A stretch of 64,000 bases of DNA from Opitutus sp. GAS368 (GCA_945861645.1 CAMAVZ010000003.1:1-64000); one strand, 5' to 3'. Counted from the first letter of the stretch, positions 37,603 through 48,281 are shown. A program made the numbers and translations. The notes: generated from the letters alone by a model not told the origin.

Positions 37603-38847
37603 ATGCAGCCGCAAAAAATCATCATCGCTGGGGGGGGAGCCGCCGGATTTTTTGCGGCCATCGCTTGTGCGGAAGCCAATCCGCATGGTCGCGTGACGAT
37701 TTACGAGGCGACCGCGCACCCGTTAGCGAAAGTGAAAGTGTCCGGTGGCGGTCGTTGTAATGTGACGCATGCGTGTTTTGATCCTCGCGAATTAGTGAAA
37801 CGGTATCCGCGCGGTTCGCGGGAATTGCTCGGGGCTTTTCATCGCTGGCAGCCGCGGGATACGGTCGATTGGTTTGAGCAACGCGGGGTGGCGCTAAAAA
37901 TTGAGGCGGATGGTCGGATGTTTCCGGTGACGGATAATTCGCAGACGATTATCGATTGTTTGCGCGGCGCGGCGGAGCGAGCGGGGGTGTCGCTCGTCTT
38001 GCAGACGGGAATTAAATCAGTGCGGCGGCTTGCTCCGTCTAGGCCCGGTGAGGCGGGTCCTTTTCAGGTCACCTTAACGACCGGGGAAGTGGTGACGAGT
38101 GATCGGCTCTTGCTCGCGACCGGCGGCAACCAAACTAACCTCGGCTTCACCTTCGCGCAGCAGTTCGGTCACACGATCGAGCCGCCGGTGCCTTCGCTGT
38201 TTACCTTTCACATTAAGGACCCGCGTTTAGCAGGTCTCGCGGGGGTTGCGGTGGAGGAAGCCCTGACCACGGTGCGGGGCACAAATTTGCAGGCGAGCGG
38301 GCCGTTGCTGGTGACGCACTGGGGGCAGAGCGGCCCGGCAATTCTCAAGCTTTCATCATGGGGCGCGCGGATCCTTCACGACTGCAGTTATCAATTTACT
38401 TTGCTCGTCAACTGGGCGCCGACGTTTAGCGCGGCCACGTTGCATAACGCATTGGAGCAAGCTCGCGCGGCGCAGCCTAAGAGACAGGTCGCCACGTGGT
38501 GTCCCGTGGGTTTGCCGCTGCGCTTGTGGGAAAAATTATTAATTGCCGCCGGCCTCGCCCCCGAGACGCAGTGGGCTATGGCCTCAGGCGCGGCCTTGCG
38601 GGCGTTGGCGGCGCAGGTGGGCGCGGGCGAGTTTGCCGTCACCGGTAAGAGCGCTTTCAAAGAAGAGTTCGTGACTTGTGGCGGGGTGCGATTGAGCGAG
38701 GTGGATTTTAAGACCATGGAAAGCCGCCTCGTGCCTGGACTCTATTTTGCGGGAGAGGTCTTGGATATTGATGGAATTACCGGCGGATTTAATTTCCAAG
38801 CGGCTTGGACCGGCGGTTGGCTAGCAGGCCAAGCGATGGCGCGGTGA
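37603..38847 (+). CDS. HI0933/YhiN (BaiN-like) flavoprotein
   Basis: GGGAAG, KVKVSGGGRCNVT, GRMFP, LLATGG, LVTHWG.SGPAIL, VTCGGV, GLYFAGEVLDIDGITGGFNFQAAW. Confidence 0.93.
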   Translation: MQPQKIIIAGGGAAGFFAAIACAEANPHGRVTIYEATAHPLAKVKVSGGGRCNVTHACFDPRELVKRYPRGSRELLGAFHRWQPRDTVDWFEQRGVALKIEADGRMFPVTDNSQTIIDCLRGAAERAGVSLVLQTGIKSVRRLAPSRPGEAGPFQVTLTTGEVVTSDRLLLATGGNQTNLGFTFAQQFGHTIEPPVPSLFTFHIKDPRLAGLAGVAVEEALTTVRGTNLQASGPLLVTHWGQSGPAILKLSSWGARILHDCSYQFTLLVNWAPTFSAATLHNALEQARAAQPKRQVATWCPVGLPLRLWEKLLIAAGLAPETQWAMASGAALRALAAQVGAGEFAVTGKSAFKEEFVTCGGVRLSEVDFKTMESRLVPGLYFAGEVLDIDGITGGFNFQAAWTGGWLAGQAMAR

Positions 38848-38899
38848 GCACAATTTATTTTGGCTTTGCTCGAGACGGTGTCACCAATCTGGCCTTCCG

Positions 38900-39853
38900 A
38901 TGATGACTTACGGTCAGCTGTTTCTCACCATTGTACCGGTCTTCGCCATGATCGCCTTGGGGGTCGGATTGCGGCGCACGCGGCTGATCACGGAAGCGGC
39001 CGAGGGGAGCTTGTTTAACTTGGTCCTCATGGTCACCACCCCCTGTCTCATTTTTGAATCCGTGGCGCTGAACCCCGCGCTGCGGCAACCGGGTAACCTA
39101 TTATTGCCGCCGTTGCTTGGATTTGGGCTGACGCTGTTATCGATGGTCATCGGTTGGTATGTGGCGCGGGCACTGGGGTTAACCATCGGTCACGGACTCC
39201 GGACCTTCGCCCTAACGGTGGGCTTAACGAATTATGGCTATCTGCCGCTACCACTCATGGACGCCCTGTTTGGTCCAGAAAGTCGCGCCGTACTGTTGAT
39301 TTATAACGTTGGCTTAGAGGCGGCAATTTGGACGGGCGGGGTTTTGGTTGTCAGCGGTTTATCCCCGCTCGCGGGCTGGCGCAAATTAATCAATGCCCCC
39401 CTAATGGCGCTCCTGCTCGCGGTCTTGGCCAATTTTACCGGAGTGGCCGATCAGCTGCCGACCCTCGTGATGAATTTTATTCATGCCTTGGCTGGGTGTG
39501 CGATCCCACTGGGATTGCTGATGTCGGGGGTGAGCTTAGCGCCGCACCTCACCGATCCGCAGCAATTGGTTAATCCCCGCGTAACTCTGATCGCTTGTTT
39601 GCTTCGGCTCGCGGTGCTGCCGTTACTGCTGCTCAGCGTGGTTTACTGGGCGCCTTGCTCGATTGAACTCAAGCGCGTGCTCGTAGTTCAGGCCGCGATG
39701 CCGGCGGCGGTGGTGTCCGTGATTGTGGCCCGCGTCTACGGCGGTCAGCCCTAGGTCGCGGTCCAGATTATTGTCGGGACGACAGTCTTGGCGCTCTTTA
39801 CGATTCCGCTTTGGTTGCGCTTTGGCCTGAGCTTGGTCGGGCTCGCGCCGTAA
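38900..39853 (+). pseudogene. AEC (auxin efflux carrier) family transporter interrupted by an in-frame TAG before the last TM helix
   Basis: NYGYLPLP, INAPL, AIPLGL, QAAMPAA, YGGQP, then TAG (39752-39754), then in frame VAVQIIVGTTVLALFTIPLWLRFGLSLVGLAP to TAA 39851-39853. Confidence 0.8.
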
Positions 39854-39957
39854 GTTCAGCCGGCAATAGCGGCCACAGGGCGAGTGGAAAAAAAGCGGGA
39901 GATTGCAGTCCGGCTCCACTTGACGCGGGCACGGTGGGCCTCCTGACTCGCCGCCTT

Positions 39958-40692
39958 ATGGAATGGATGACTGACCCGCAAATTTGGATTAGCCTGATCA
40001 CGTTGACCGCCCTCGAGATCGTACTCGGCATCGACAACGTCATTTTTATTTCAATTTTGGCCGGCAAACTCCCGGCTGAGCAGCAGGCCAAAGCGCGTAA
40101 AACCGGCCTCATGCTCGCCTTAGTCACGCGCATCTTGCTGCTTTGCAGCTTGGCGTGGATGATTAAATTAACGGCCCCGATTTTTTTGGTGGGTGGGTTT
40201 AGCGTTTCTGGCCGCGACCTCATTTTGCTCGGCGGCGGGCTTTTTCTCATGGTGAAAAGCACCATGGAGATTCACGAAAAGTTAGAGGGCGCCGAGGCTA
40301 CTGCGCAGAAAAAAGGCCCCGCCAAATTTAATGCGGTCATCGCGCAAATCCTGCTGCTCGACATTGTCTTTTCGCTCGATTCCGTGATCACCGCGATCGG
40401 GATGGCCAACACGCTTGGGGTAATGATTACAGCCGTCGTGATCGCGCTTGGGGTTATGCTGTGGTATGCGGACGCGATTAGCGACTTCGTGCACGAGCAC
40501 CCTACGCTAAAAATGCTCGCGTTGTCTTTTTTGCTCTTGATTGGCGTCACGCTCGTCGCGGAGGGCACGCATCAGCACGTCAACAAAGGTTACATTTATT
40601 TCGCCATGGCTTTCTCGTTCGGGGTGGAGCTGCTCAATCTTAAGTTGCGCAAGAAATCTGTCCCGGTCGTCTTGCACGACGGGGCCCCGTAA
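39958..40692 (+). CDS. TerC family membrane protein
   Basis: LTALEIVLGIDNVIFISIL, GRDLILLGGGLFL, LDIVFSLDSVITAIGM, HPTLKMLALSFL, KGYIYFAMAFS. Confidence 0.93.
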   Translation: MEWMTDPQIWISLITLTALEIVLGIDNVIFISILAGKLPAEQQAKARKTGLMLALVTRILLLCSLAWMIKLTAPIFLVGGFSVSGRDLILLGGGLFLMVKSTMEIHEKLEGAEATAQKKGPAKFNAVIAQILLLDIVFSLDSVITAIGMANTLGVMITAVVIALGVMLWYADAISDFVHEHPTLKMLALSFLLLIGVTLVAEGTHQHVNKGYIYFAMAFSFGVELLNLKLRKKSVPVVLHDGAP

Positions 40693-40748
40693 ATTATCCG
40701 CAGAAATTGGGGCTGGAAAAGCTTCAGTTGGCGCGCAGCTTAGATCCT

Positions 40749-41240
40749 ATGAGACATTTTATTTTATTGGGCGCGCTGGCCTTCGCCCCTTGGCTCTCCG
40801 CGCAAAATCCGACGGCCGATCTCGAAAAAGAAATCGGCGCAATCGTGGCCAGCCCGGCCGTAACGACGGTGGTGCATTTTTGGGCGCCTTGGTGCTCCAA
40901 TTGCCAAGCCGAGCTAAAGCCCGAGGGTTGGGCGCAGTTCATCGCGGCCAATCCATCGGTTAAATTTGTCCTCCTGAACATTTGGCATGGCGGGCAAAGT
41001 CCGGTCTCGGCCCTCACCGCCGGCGGACTCGGCCCCCAGCCAAATTTGGTGCTGCGCAATCACCCCAATGCTTCGCGCTTGGTGGCGGATCGGCTTAATA
41101 CTTTTTTGGGTCTGCCGGTGACCTGGATTCCCACCACGTGGGTTTTTCGTGACGGCAAACTGCGAGTTGCTTTTAACTACGGGGAGATTCGTTTCCCCGT
41201 GCTGCAACAGATGATGGCTGATGCGGAGCGGGCCTGGTAA
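40749..41240 (+). CDS. Thioredoxin-fold (TlpA-like) periplasmic protein
   Basis: Signal peptide; VHFWAPWCSNC; cis-Pro loop WIPTT. Confidence 0.85.
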   Translation: MRHFILLGALAFAPWLSAQNPTADLEKEIGAIVASPAVTTVVHFWAPWCSNCQAELKPEGWAQFIAANPSVKFVLLNIWHGGQSPVSALTAGGLGPQPNLVLRNHPNASRLVADRLNTFLGLPVTWIPTTWVFRDGKLRVAFNYGEIRFPVLQQMMADAERAW

Positions 41241-41305
41241 CACGCACTCTTCGGGCCAAATCCACGAGGGCTGGCGGGTGACTCGGGAAACTTAACCAAT
41301 TTTTT

Positions 41306-43141
41306 ATGAAAAATATTTATCGCTGGCTGTTGGGTGGGGCGCTTCTGCTGGCGCCGCTGACTCAGGGAGTGGCCGCGCGCGCGGCCGAGCCACTCGCCGC
41401 GGCAGCGGTCGCGGCCGAATCGGCGAAGGCCAATGCTTTTTTCGACCAAGTCTTTGATGAGGCCGTCGCCCGCAGTCCGATGATGATGGGGGCGTTAGGG
41501 ATAAAAAAAGACATGGATCGGTGGGATGATATCTCCGAGGCGCGGGCGCTTGAGGACTTCGCGCTGACGGTGCAGCATTTTGCCGAGCTGAAGCAGCAAA
41601 TCAATTTTGCGCTCCTCGATGATCAAGCCAAGGTGAGCTACCGCATGTTTGTTAAAGACGCGGAGCGGAGTATTGAGGGCTGGAAGTGGCGGCATTACAA
41701 TTATCCGCTCAACCAGATGTCGGGGCTGCATTCGGAAGCGGCGGCTTTTTTAATTAATTATCATCCGATTACCACCGTCGTTGAAGCGCAGGCTTACATT
41801 GCGCGGTTGCGGGGGCTGGCCCGGTTATTTGATCAGCTCATTGCCGGGGTGGAGCTCCGGGCCGCGAAAAATATTATTCCGCCGCGCTTCGTGTTTCCTT
41901 TAGTGATCGATTCGATCAAAGAGGTGATCAGTGGTCAGCCTTTTGTGCAGACCGAAAAATCCAGTGCCTTGTGGGAAGATTTCTCCACTAAAGTCGGCGC
42001 GTTGCCCTCGATCGATGCGGCCATCCGGGCCAGTTTATTGGCCGAGGCGCGAGCGGCGCTCCTCGAAGCGGTGGGGCCAGCCTACGAAAAATTAATCAAA
42101 GTGCTAGTGGCGCAGCAACAGATCGCGACCGATGATGATGGCGTGTGGAAATTTGCGGAGGGGCTTGATTATTACGCTTTCGCCCTGCGCGGCTCGACCA
42201 CCACGCAATTAACCGCGGCGGAGATTCATCAATTGGGGCTGAGTGAGGTGGCGCGCATTCATCATGATATGGCGGCCATCATGCAGCAGGTTGGGTTTAA
42301 AGGTGATCTGCAGGCTTTTTTTAAATTCATAAAAGAGGACCCGCAGTTTTATTATCCCACGACCCCGGCGGGAAAAGCGGCCTATCTTAAACGCGCGAAT
42401 CAAATCATTGATGCTATGCGCGCCCGCCTAGATGAATTTTTTATCACCAAGCCACAGGCGCCGTTGGTCGTGAAACCGGTGGAGCCTTTTCGTGAACAAG
42501 GTTCGGCGGGCGCTTTCTATGAGCAACCTTCCGCCGATGGTACGCGCCCTGGGGCGTATTATGTTAATACCATCGACATGCGCGGCGTGCCAATTTTTGA
42601 AATGGAAACGCTGGCTCACCATGAAGCTATCCCCGGCCATCACATGCAGATCGCGATCGCGCAGGAGTTAAAGAATATGCCCAAGTTTCGCATGTATGGC
42701 GGCAATACCGCGTACGCGGAGGGCTGGGCGCTCTATGCGGAATATTTCCCCAAGGAGTTCGGTTATTATCAAGATCCCTATCAGGATTTTGGCCGACTGT
42801 ATGATGAACTACTGCGCGCTGTGCGCCTAGTCGTCGACACGGGGCTGCATGCCAAAAAATGGACGCGCGCTCAGGTCATGGAGTATTTCCGACAGAACAC
42901 GCCAAATCCTGAGCGGGATATTTTTACCGAGACCAATCGCTATATTGTTTGGCCCAGTCAGGCGACCGCCTATAAAATTGGGATGCTCAAAATTCTCGAA
43001 TTACGGGAGCTGGCCAAAAAACAATTGGGGGCCGCCTTCGACTTGCGTGAGTACCACGACCTCGTGTTAAAAAATGGGGCCGTTCCGCTGGACCTCTTGG
43101 AAGAAAACGTGCGCGCTTGGATTGCGCCGCAGAAAAATTAA
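41306..43141 (+). CDS. DUF885 family protein
   Basis: Signal peptide; YPLNQMSG, IHQLGLSEVARI, DGTRPG.YY.N, HEAIPGHH.Q, EGWALYAE, RLVVDTGLH, QATAYKIG. Confidence 0.92.
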   Translation: MKNIYRWLLGGALLLAPLTQGVAARAAEPLAAAAVAAESAKANAFFDQVFDEAVARSPMMMGALGIKKDMDRWDDISEARALEDFALTVQHFAELKQQINFALLDDQAKVSYRMFVKDAERSIEGWKWRHYNYPLNQMSGLHSEAAAFLINYHPITTVVEAQAYIARLRGLARLFDQLIAGVELRAAKNIIPPRFVFPLVIDSIKEVISGQPFVQTEKSSALWEDFSTKVGALPSIDAAIRASLLAEARAALLEAVGPAYEKLIKVLVAQQQIATDDDGVWKFAEGLDYYAFALRGSTTTQLTAAEIHQLGLSEVARIHHDMAAIMQQVGFKGDLQAFFKFIKEDPQFYYPTTPAGKAAYLKRANQIIDAMRARLDEFFITKPQAPLVVKPVEPFREQGSAGAFYEQPSADGTRPGAYYVNTIDMRGVPIFEMETLAHHEAIPGHHMQIAIAQELKNMPKFRMYGGNTAYAEGWALYAEYFPKEFGYYQDPYQDFGRLYDELLRAVRLVVDTGLHAKKWTRAQVMEYFRQNTPNPERDIFTETNRYIVWPSQATAYKIGMLKILELRELAKKQLGAAFDLREYHDLVLKNGAVPLDLLEENVRAWIAPQKN

Positions 43142-43150
43142 AGCGGGAGT

Positions 43151-43906
43151 TTAGGGCGTCGCCGTGCTCCGCCGAAGATTGTCGCAAACAATGGCCGCCG
43201 CCACCGCGGCGTTGAGCGATTCAGCGTGGCCGTAACGCGGAATGGTCACGCGTTGGGTCACGCACGCCTGCACGGCCGGCGACAAGCCGCGACCTTCGCT
43301 CCCGATCACAATCACCGCATGGTGGTGAGGGGCGAGGGCGTGCACTGGCGCGCCCTGCAAATCGCAGCCGAGCACCGCCGCGGTGCACCCCGCTAAGGCC
43401 TCGGGGAGAAGCTGAGTGTGGACGGTCACCCGCGCGAACGAGCCCATACTCGCGTTAATAACTTTCTGGGAAAAGAGATCAGCGCTATCCGGTGACAGCA
43501 CGACGCGATCTAATCCGTACCAATCAGCTAGCCGTAACAACGTGCCAACATTGCCCGGATCTTGTATTCCATCGAGGGCGATGGTCAGCCCGTGGTTAAG
43601 CGTGCCGTGAACCAAGGGGGGGCGCGTGATTTTACCGACCGCTAAAATCGAGGCGGGCGTAGGGAAATGACTAGCGCGCGCCATTTCCTCTGGCGTGATC
43701 AGTTGCACGGAGCGGGCGGCCGCTTCTGCACGAGGGGCGGCGTTAAACCAGGCCGCCGTCGCATAAATTTCTAAAAGAGGATAATGGGCGGCTAATAATT
43801 CGCCGATTACTTTTTCACCTTCGATGACAAAAAGCCCCGCACTCTCGCGATTTTTTTTCTCGCGCAAGTCACGCAGACGAGAGAGTTCGACTTTGGTCAA
43901 GGGCAT
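43151..43906 (-). CDS. TrmH/SpoU family RNA 2'-O-methyltransferase
   Basis: FVIEGEK, LDGIQDPGNVGTLLR, ASMGS, IGSEGRG, ESLNAAVA. Confidence 0.93.
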   Translation of the reverse strand: MPLTKVELSRLRDLREKKNRESAGLFVIEGEKVIGELLAAHYPLLEIYATAAWFNAAPRAEAAARSVQLITPEEMARASHFPTPASILAVGKITRPPLVHGTLNHGLTIALDGIQDPGNVGTLLRLADWYGLDRVVLSPDSADLFSQKVINASMGSFARVTVHTQLLPEALAGCTAAVLGCDLQGAPVHALAPHHHAVIVIGSEGRGLSPAVQACVTQRVTIPRYGHAESLNAAVAAAIVCDNLRRSTATP

Positions 43907-43948
43907 GGCAGCAGCAAGGCAGGGGGTGCGATCGATGGCAATGGCGGC

Positions 43949-45268
43949 TTAATCAGCTGGCGAGCGCCGCACCATAAACCAATTGAGGCTAGCGATCGCG
44001 ACAATTCCACTGATGACCACTGCATGGGTTAGGTTCATCTGGGCGAGCAGCGCCCCGCACAGGGCTAGGCCGGCGAGAGCGATTATGCTACCGGCCGGCA
44101 AGCGGAAGGCATCAGCTTGAGGTCGCTGCTGACGCAAGCGGATGAGAGAAACACAGGCGAGCGCGTAGGTGACGAGACGCGCGCCCGCTGAGATCACCGC
44201 GTTCCAAATAAAATTTCCGTAAATGGCGAGGGCAAGCACTAGGAGACACCATACTAGGATGGAAATATACGGGGTGCGAAAGCGAGGATGCACGCTCGCG
44301 AAGACTGCGGGAAAGTCGCCGCGTGCCGCCATGGCATAGGTCTGGCGCGGCACGCCGATGATCTGCGCACTCAGATAGCCGGAGGTGGAGATCATGGCGC
44401 CGAGGGCGATGAACGCCGCCCCGATCGGGCCGAGTAAGGTGCGGGCCGCATCCGCCAAGGGGCGTTCACTCCCCGCGAGATTGGGCACGGTGCGCATGGC
44501 GACAATCTGCGTGAGAAAATAGCAGGCGGCGATAACGAGCAGGCCGGTAAAAAGCGCAAAAGGAATATCGCGGCGCGGATTTTTCCCTTCGGCGAGCGGC
44601 ATCAGGGCGGCTTCAAAGCCGCCGAAGGCAAACAACAGTACGAGGACGGCATTGAGCCAGCCGGTCGTCGTGGCGGTTACGCTCGGTTGGGACCAGCTCG
44701 GGCCCGACCACAAAAATCCCATCACGATCAGTAGTATTAGCGGGAGAAGTTTAGCCGCGGTCAGGCAGTTGGCGAGCCGAGCGCCTCGGTCTATCCCGCG
44801 AATATTTGTGAACGTTAGGGCGCCCAGTAAGCTCGCCATGATGACGATGCGCGGGATGGGCGCAGTGGCTCCGGGCCAGAATTCGCCGAGATAGACGACA
44901 AACAGATTAGTGTTAGCCGCCGCGGCCGTCAGGCGAACTAACCAAATAAACCAGCCCATCTGAATTCCCCAAAATTGACCACACGCCTCGCGGGCAAAAA
45001 GATACGGGCCCCCCGCCTGCTTGAATTGCGAACCAAGTTCGGCAAAGACGCCCATAAAGATGGCGATGCCGGCGGCCGCGAGCACATAGGCCCAAGGAGC
45101 CGCCGCCCCTACAAATCGAACCAAATCATCCGGCAGCCCGAAGACCCCGCTGCCAATCACTGCATTAACCACGAGCGCGGTTAAGGACCACCGGCCCAGC
45201 GCGCGGACCAACTCCGGGGTCGTCGCGGTCGCGGGCTGGCCGCTAAGAGGGAAAGCGGGGCGCTTCAT
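43949..45268 (-). CDS. APC family amino acid permease
   Basis: IGSGVFGLP, AELGS, GGPYL, FAFGGFE, EGKNPRRDIP, HPRFRTP. Confidence 0.92.
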   Translation of the reverse strand: MKRPAFPLSGQPATATTPELVRALGRWSLTALVVNAVIGSGVFGLPDDLVRFVGAAAPWAYVLAAAGIAIFMGVFAELGSQFKQAGGPYLFAREACGQFWGIQMGWFIWLVRLTAAAANTNLFVVYLGEFWPGATAPIPRIVIMASLLGALTFTNIRGIDRGARLANCLTAAKLLPLILLIVMGFLWSGPSWSQPSVTATTTGWLNAVLVLLFAFGGFEAALMPLAEGKNPRRDIPFALFTGLLVIAACYFLTQIVAMRTVPNLAGSERPLADAARTLLGPIGAAFIALGAMISTSGYLSAQIIGVPRQTYAMAARGDFPAVFASVHPRFRTPYISILVWCLLVLALAIYGNFIWNAVISAGARLVTYALACVSLIRLRQQRPQADAFRLPAGSIIALAGLALCGALLAQMNLTHAVVISGIVAIASLNWFMVRRSPAD

Positions 45269-45370
45269 GAAGAAATTAAGCTGTCAGGCCAGTGCTCGGG
45301 CTCAAGCTTGATGGTCATGATCGCCTAACTTTTTGATTCTGCTGCGCAGGGGAACTGCTACGCAAGAGTC

Positions 45371-46036
45371 ATGAGTGCCGCCATTGTCCCCAAGCTTCGT
45401 TTGCAGCCCAAGTTCCCAGGGGATTCGGTCAGTGAATTGCCGGCGGTTGACTCGGCGCCCGCAGGAAGTCCGGCCCTCCCGTTGGCGGCAAAATCATCGA
45501 GGGCGGCGGCAGAAAATTCTTCGCCGCGGCGGCACACACTTATTCCCAATCAGGTGGCGCCGAGATCAATCAAAAAAACGATTTTTATTTTTGCCGGAGT
45601 TGTTTGGTTATGTGCGCTGAGCTACGGGCTTTATTTTATCCTGCGGGGAAAAACTCAGCCGCTCTCGCCGCCGCTGGTAGCCAAACGCGTAACACCGCTT
45701 AGCCCGTCGACCGTCTTGAAAGTGGCGCCGCTGGCCGCGGTAGTTGTCTCAGTCGTCACGCTCATCGCCCCCGCGCAGGCAGTTACGCCTCCCTCGGTCG
45801 CGCCCGTCGGGCCATCGGTCCCCTCAGCAATTTTTAAAGCTTGGGGAGAAAGCCTAAAAATCAATGGCGTCAGTGCCACCGATTATCCACGGATTTTGAT
45901 TGACGGGATCGCCTATGCGGCGGGGGAGCTAGTTAATGGGCCGCTCGGTATCAGTTTTGTCGGTTACGAGCCAGCGACTCGCCTGCTCATTTTCAAAGAC
46001 AAGACCGGCGCCACCGTTAAGCATCGCCGTCGTTAG
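45371..46036 (+). CDS. Hypothetical bitopic membrane protein with Pro-rich linker and C-terminal beta domain (GspB/PilP-like, tentative)
   Basis: One TM segment (IFIFAGVVWLCALSYGLYFIL), Pro/Val linker, LKINGV...RILIDG...GE domain. Confidence 0.6.
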   Translation: MSAAIVPKLRLQPKFPGDSVSELPAVDSAPAGSPALPLAAKSSRAAAENSSPRRHTLIPNQVAPRSIKKTIFIFAGVVWLCALSYGLYFILRGKTQPLSPPLVAKRVTPLSPSTVLKVAPLAAVVVSVVTLIAPAQAVTPPSVAPVGPSVPSAIFKAWGESLKINGVSATDYPRILIDGIAYAAGELVNGPLGISFVGYEPATRLLIFKDKTGATVKHRRR

Positions 46037-46121
46037 TCGCGTGGTGGGCGCCGGCGCTGCGCAGTTGCGGGTAACATAAATAATCAACTCACTCGACCTG
46101 AAGCGGCTACGCATTGAGCGC

Positions 46122-46802
46122 TTAATGCGCGGCGAGCACTTCCTTAATGCTCCGCAATAGGTCGGGATCGGTCGCAATGCCCAGCACTCCGTTGACCACG
46201 AATTGCACCCCGATGCACATAATGAGAAACCCCATGATCTTGGTCATCGCGTTAACCCCCACCGGACCAATGATCGCCACAATCTTACCGGATACACGAA
46301 GCATCGCGTAGGTGAGGGCGGCGATCGAAATAATGCCGGCGATGATCGCTAGGTAGTCAGTCCAATGAGTCGCCAGTGAGGTGAAGCCGAGGGTGACGGC
46401 AATCGAACCAGGACCGCTGAGCATCGGCATCGCTAGGGGGGAAAAAGAAATATCGGTTTTTTTGCGGGCGGCCTCGCGCTCCTCCTCATCGGGTTTGCCG
46501 AGATTTTGATGATTCGTCAGCATGCCCATGCCGATACCCGCCATTAAAATTCCCCCGGCGATGCGGAGGCCAGGAACCGAGATGCCAAAAAAATTCATGA
46601 TGAAGGTGCCGCCAGTGAGTGCGCTCACCAAAATACAGATCATATAGATGCAGCCTTTGCGGGCCTGCTCGCGGCGGCGGGCATCGCTGTCGCCTTCCGT
46701 AATGGCCAGAAAAGTCGGGGCGGCCGCGAGGGGATTAATGATGGGGAGAAGCCCCATGAAGGTTCCGAGGAAAATTGCCCAGAGGTGAATAACGTTAGAC
46801 AT
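46122..46802 (-). CDS. marC: MarC family membrane protein
   Basis: IINPL, FFGISVPGLRIAGG, SPLAMPMLSGPGSI, TKIMGFLIMCIGVQF. Confidence 0.92.
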   Translation of the reverse strand: MSNVIHLWAIFLGTFMGLLPIINPLAAAPTFLAITEGDSDARRREQARKGCIYMICILVSALTGGTFIMNFFGISVPGLRIAGGILMAGIGMGMLTNHQNLGKPDEEEREAARKKTDISFSPLAMPMLSGPGSIAVTLGFTSLATHWTDYLAIIAGIISIAALTYAMLRVSGKIVAIIGPVGVNAMTKIMGFLIMCIGVQFVVNGVLGIATDPDLLRSIKEVLAAH

Positions 46803-46838
46803 GAGATTTAAAATTAAGGTGAAACCATGAGGCCGCGC

Positions 46839-47951
46839 TCACCAAACATCAACGGGTCCTTTCGGCACGGAAATCGATTCGCGTCGGCGGAGCGCGAGCT
46901 CTTCTGGGCTGAGCATAAAGGACGCCACCATGGGATCTGGCTGAAAGCGCGGGAGCAACTCACCCGTCGCGTCAAGAAAAGGCGCACGCCATTTTTCATA
47001 ATTCACGAGCAGGGTTTCAAATTCCGCGCGGGTGCAAAATTGCGTAATCCCCTTTTTAAATTCTTTAGCGGGACCAAAGCGTTTTGCGTACCAGCTCGCG
47101 GGTTTGCGAAAGAGGCGGCAGCCATGATCTTCGCCAAAGACCTCAATCATCAAATCGAGGTGGCGACGCATGACGTGCACCCGTTCGCGGTAGCCAGCTT
47201 CGGCACGGAGCTCGCCGGTTTTGAGGTAGTGCTGGGTGTGGGTAAAAATCCAGGGATTATAAAATGCCCCGCGGCCAATGCCCACGCCGGCGCAACCGGT
47301 TTCATTGAACATATGGCGAGCCGCTGCCGGCGTGGTGACGTCGCCGTTACCAATGACGGGGATATTTTTCACGGCGGCCACCACGGCGCGAATGCCCGCT
47401 AAATTGACGGTTCCGCTAAAACCCTGCGCGCGGGTTCGGCCATGCACGAAAATTGCGGCCACGCCGGTATCTTCGAGGACGCGGGCTAGATCGGGGGCGG
47501 TCAGATTATTTTCATCCCAGCCGAGTCGCATCTTAGCGGTGATCGGAATTTTAACGGCGTCGACCATCCCACGCACGAGCCGCGCAGTCTTGGCTAGCTC
47601 TGTCATCATAGCGGAGCCACCGCCAATCTCGGTTACTTTTTTAACCGGACACCCCATGTTAATATCAACAGAGGCAATGCCCAGTGACTCCACGATGAGG
47701 GCAGCGTCGCGCATTTCTTCTGGCACTGCGCCGAAAAGCTGCACCGCGAGCCGTTGCTCAGCCGGAGCGGTACGGATCATTTGCAGCGCGCGCGGGTTTT
47801 TTTCGATCAGAGAGCGGGCGTTAACCAAATCTGTCGTGGTCCAGTCCAGTCCACCAATTTCGCGCACGACCAGCCGGAAGGGCAGATTGGTGTAGCCCGC
47901 GAGCGGCGAGAGAAAGAGATTTGAACCGAATTCGTAAGGCCCAATACGCAT
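46839..47951 (-). CDS. dusB: tRNA-dihydrouridine synthase B
   Basis: LSPLAGYT, QLFG, DINMGCPV, TAKMRLGW, VHGRT, IGNGDV, IGRGA..NPW. Confidence 0.92.
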   Translation of the reverse strand: MRIGPYEFGSNLFLSPLAGYTNLPFRLVVREIGGLDWTTTDLVNARSLIEKNPRALQMIRTAPAEQRLAVQLFGAVPEEMRDAALIVESLGIASVDINMGCPVKKVTEIGGGSAMMTELAKTARLVRGMVDAVKIPITAKMRLGWDENNLTAPDLARVLEDTGVAAIFVHGRTRAQGFSGTVNLAGIRAVVAAVKNIPVIGNGDVTTPAAARHMFNETGCAGVGIGRGAFYNPWIFTHTQHYLKTGELRAEAGYRERVHVMRRHLDLMIEVFGEDHGCRLFRKPASWYAKRFGPAKEFKKGITQFCTRAEFETLLVNYEKWRAPFLDATGELLPRFQPDPMVASFMLSPEELALRRRESISVPKGPVDVW

Positions 47952-48089
47952 AATCAGCTTCAGTCGTTATCGCGGGTGGCCACAGATGCAAGGATGGGCC
48001 GAAGTCGCATGCGATCGAGGTGCATAGACTGGGGCGGCGGGCTGAATCTGGCCATTGACCGCCGGGATTCTTCGGGCCAAATTACCGGC

Positions 48090-48281
48090 ATGAGCGGAAC
48101 CATTATTTTAGCGCTAATCGTGCTCGGGTTATTGGCGGCGGCCGCTTTAACTTTTAAGCCACTCAGAAAAACCATAGGTCTGTTGCTGGTGATATTGGGG
48201 GCAATCGCTTGCCTCACTTTCTTCGGTTTAATCATCGGCGTGCCCATGATCATCGTCGGGGGCATCTTACTATTTATTTAA
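48090..48281 (+). CDS. Small hydrophobic membrane protein (63 aa)
   Basis: MSGTIILALIVLGLLAAAALTFKPLRKTIGLLLVILGAIACLTFFGLIIGVPMIIVGGILLFI; 2-3 TM segments; followed by a hairpin. Confidence 0.65.
   Translation: MSGTIILALIVLGLLAAAALTFKPLRKTIGLLLVILGAIACLTFFGLIIGVPMIIVGGILLFI

Noticed and set aside
16252-39754. Genome-wide TAG reassignment or pyrrolysine
   Set aside because: TAG ends several intact genes at their expected C-termini, and no pyl genes or suppressor tRNA are in the window.
46068-46095. XerD-like arm (TTATGTTAC on the minus strand)
   Set aside because: No matching XerC arm at 6-bp spacing.
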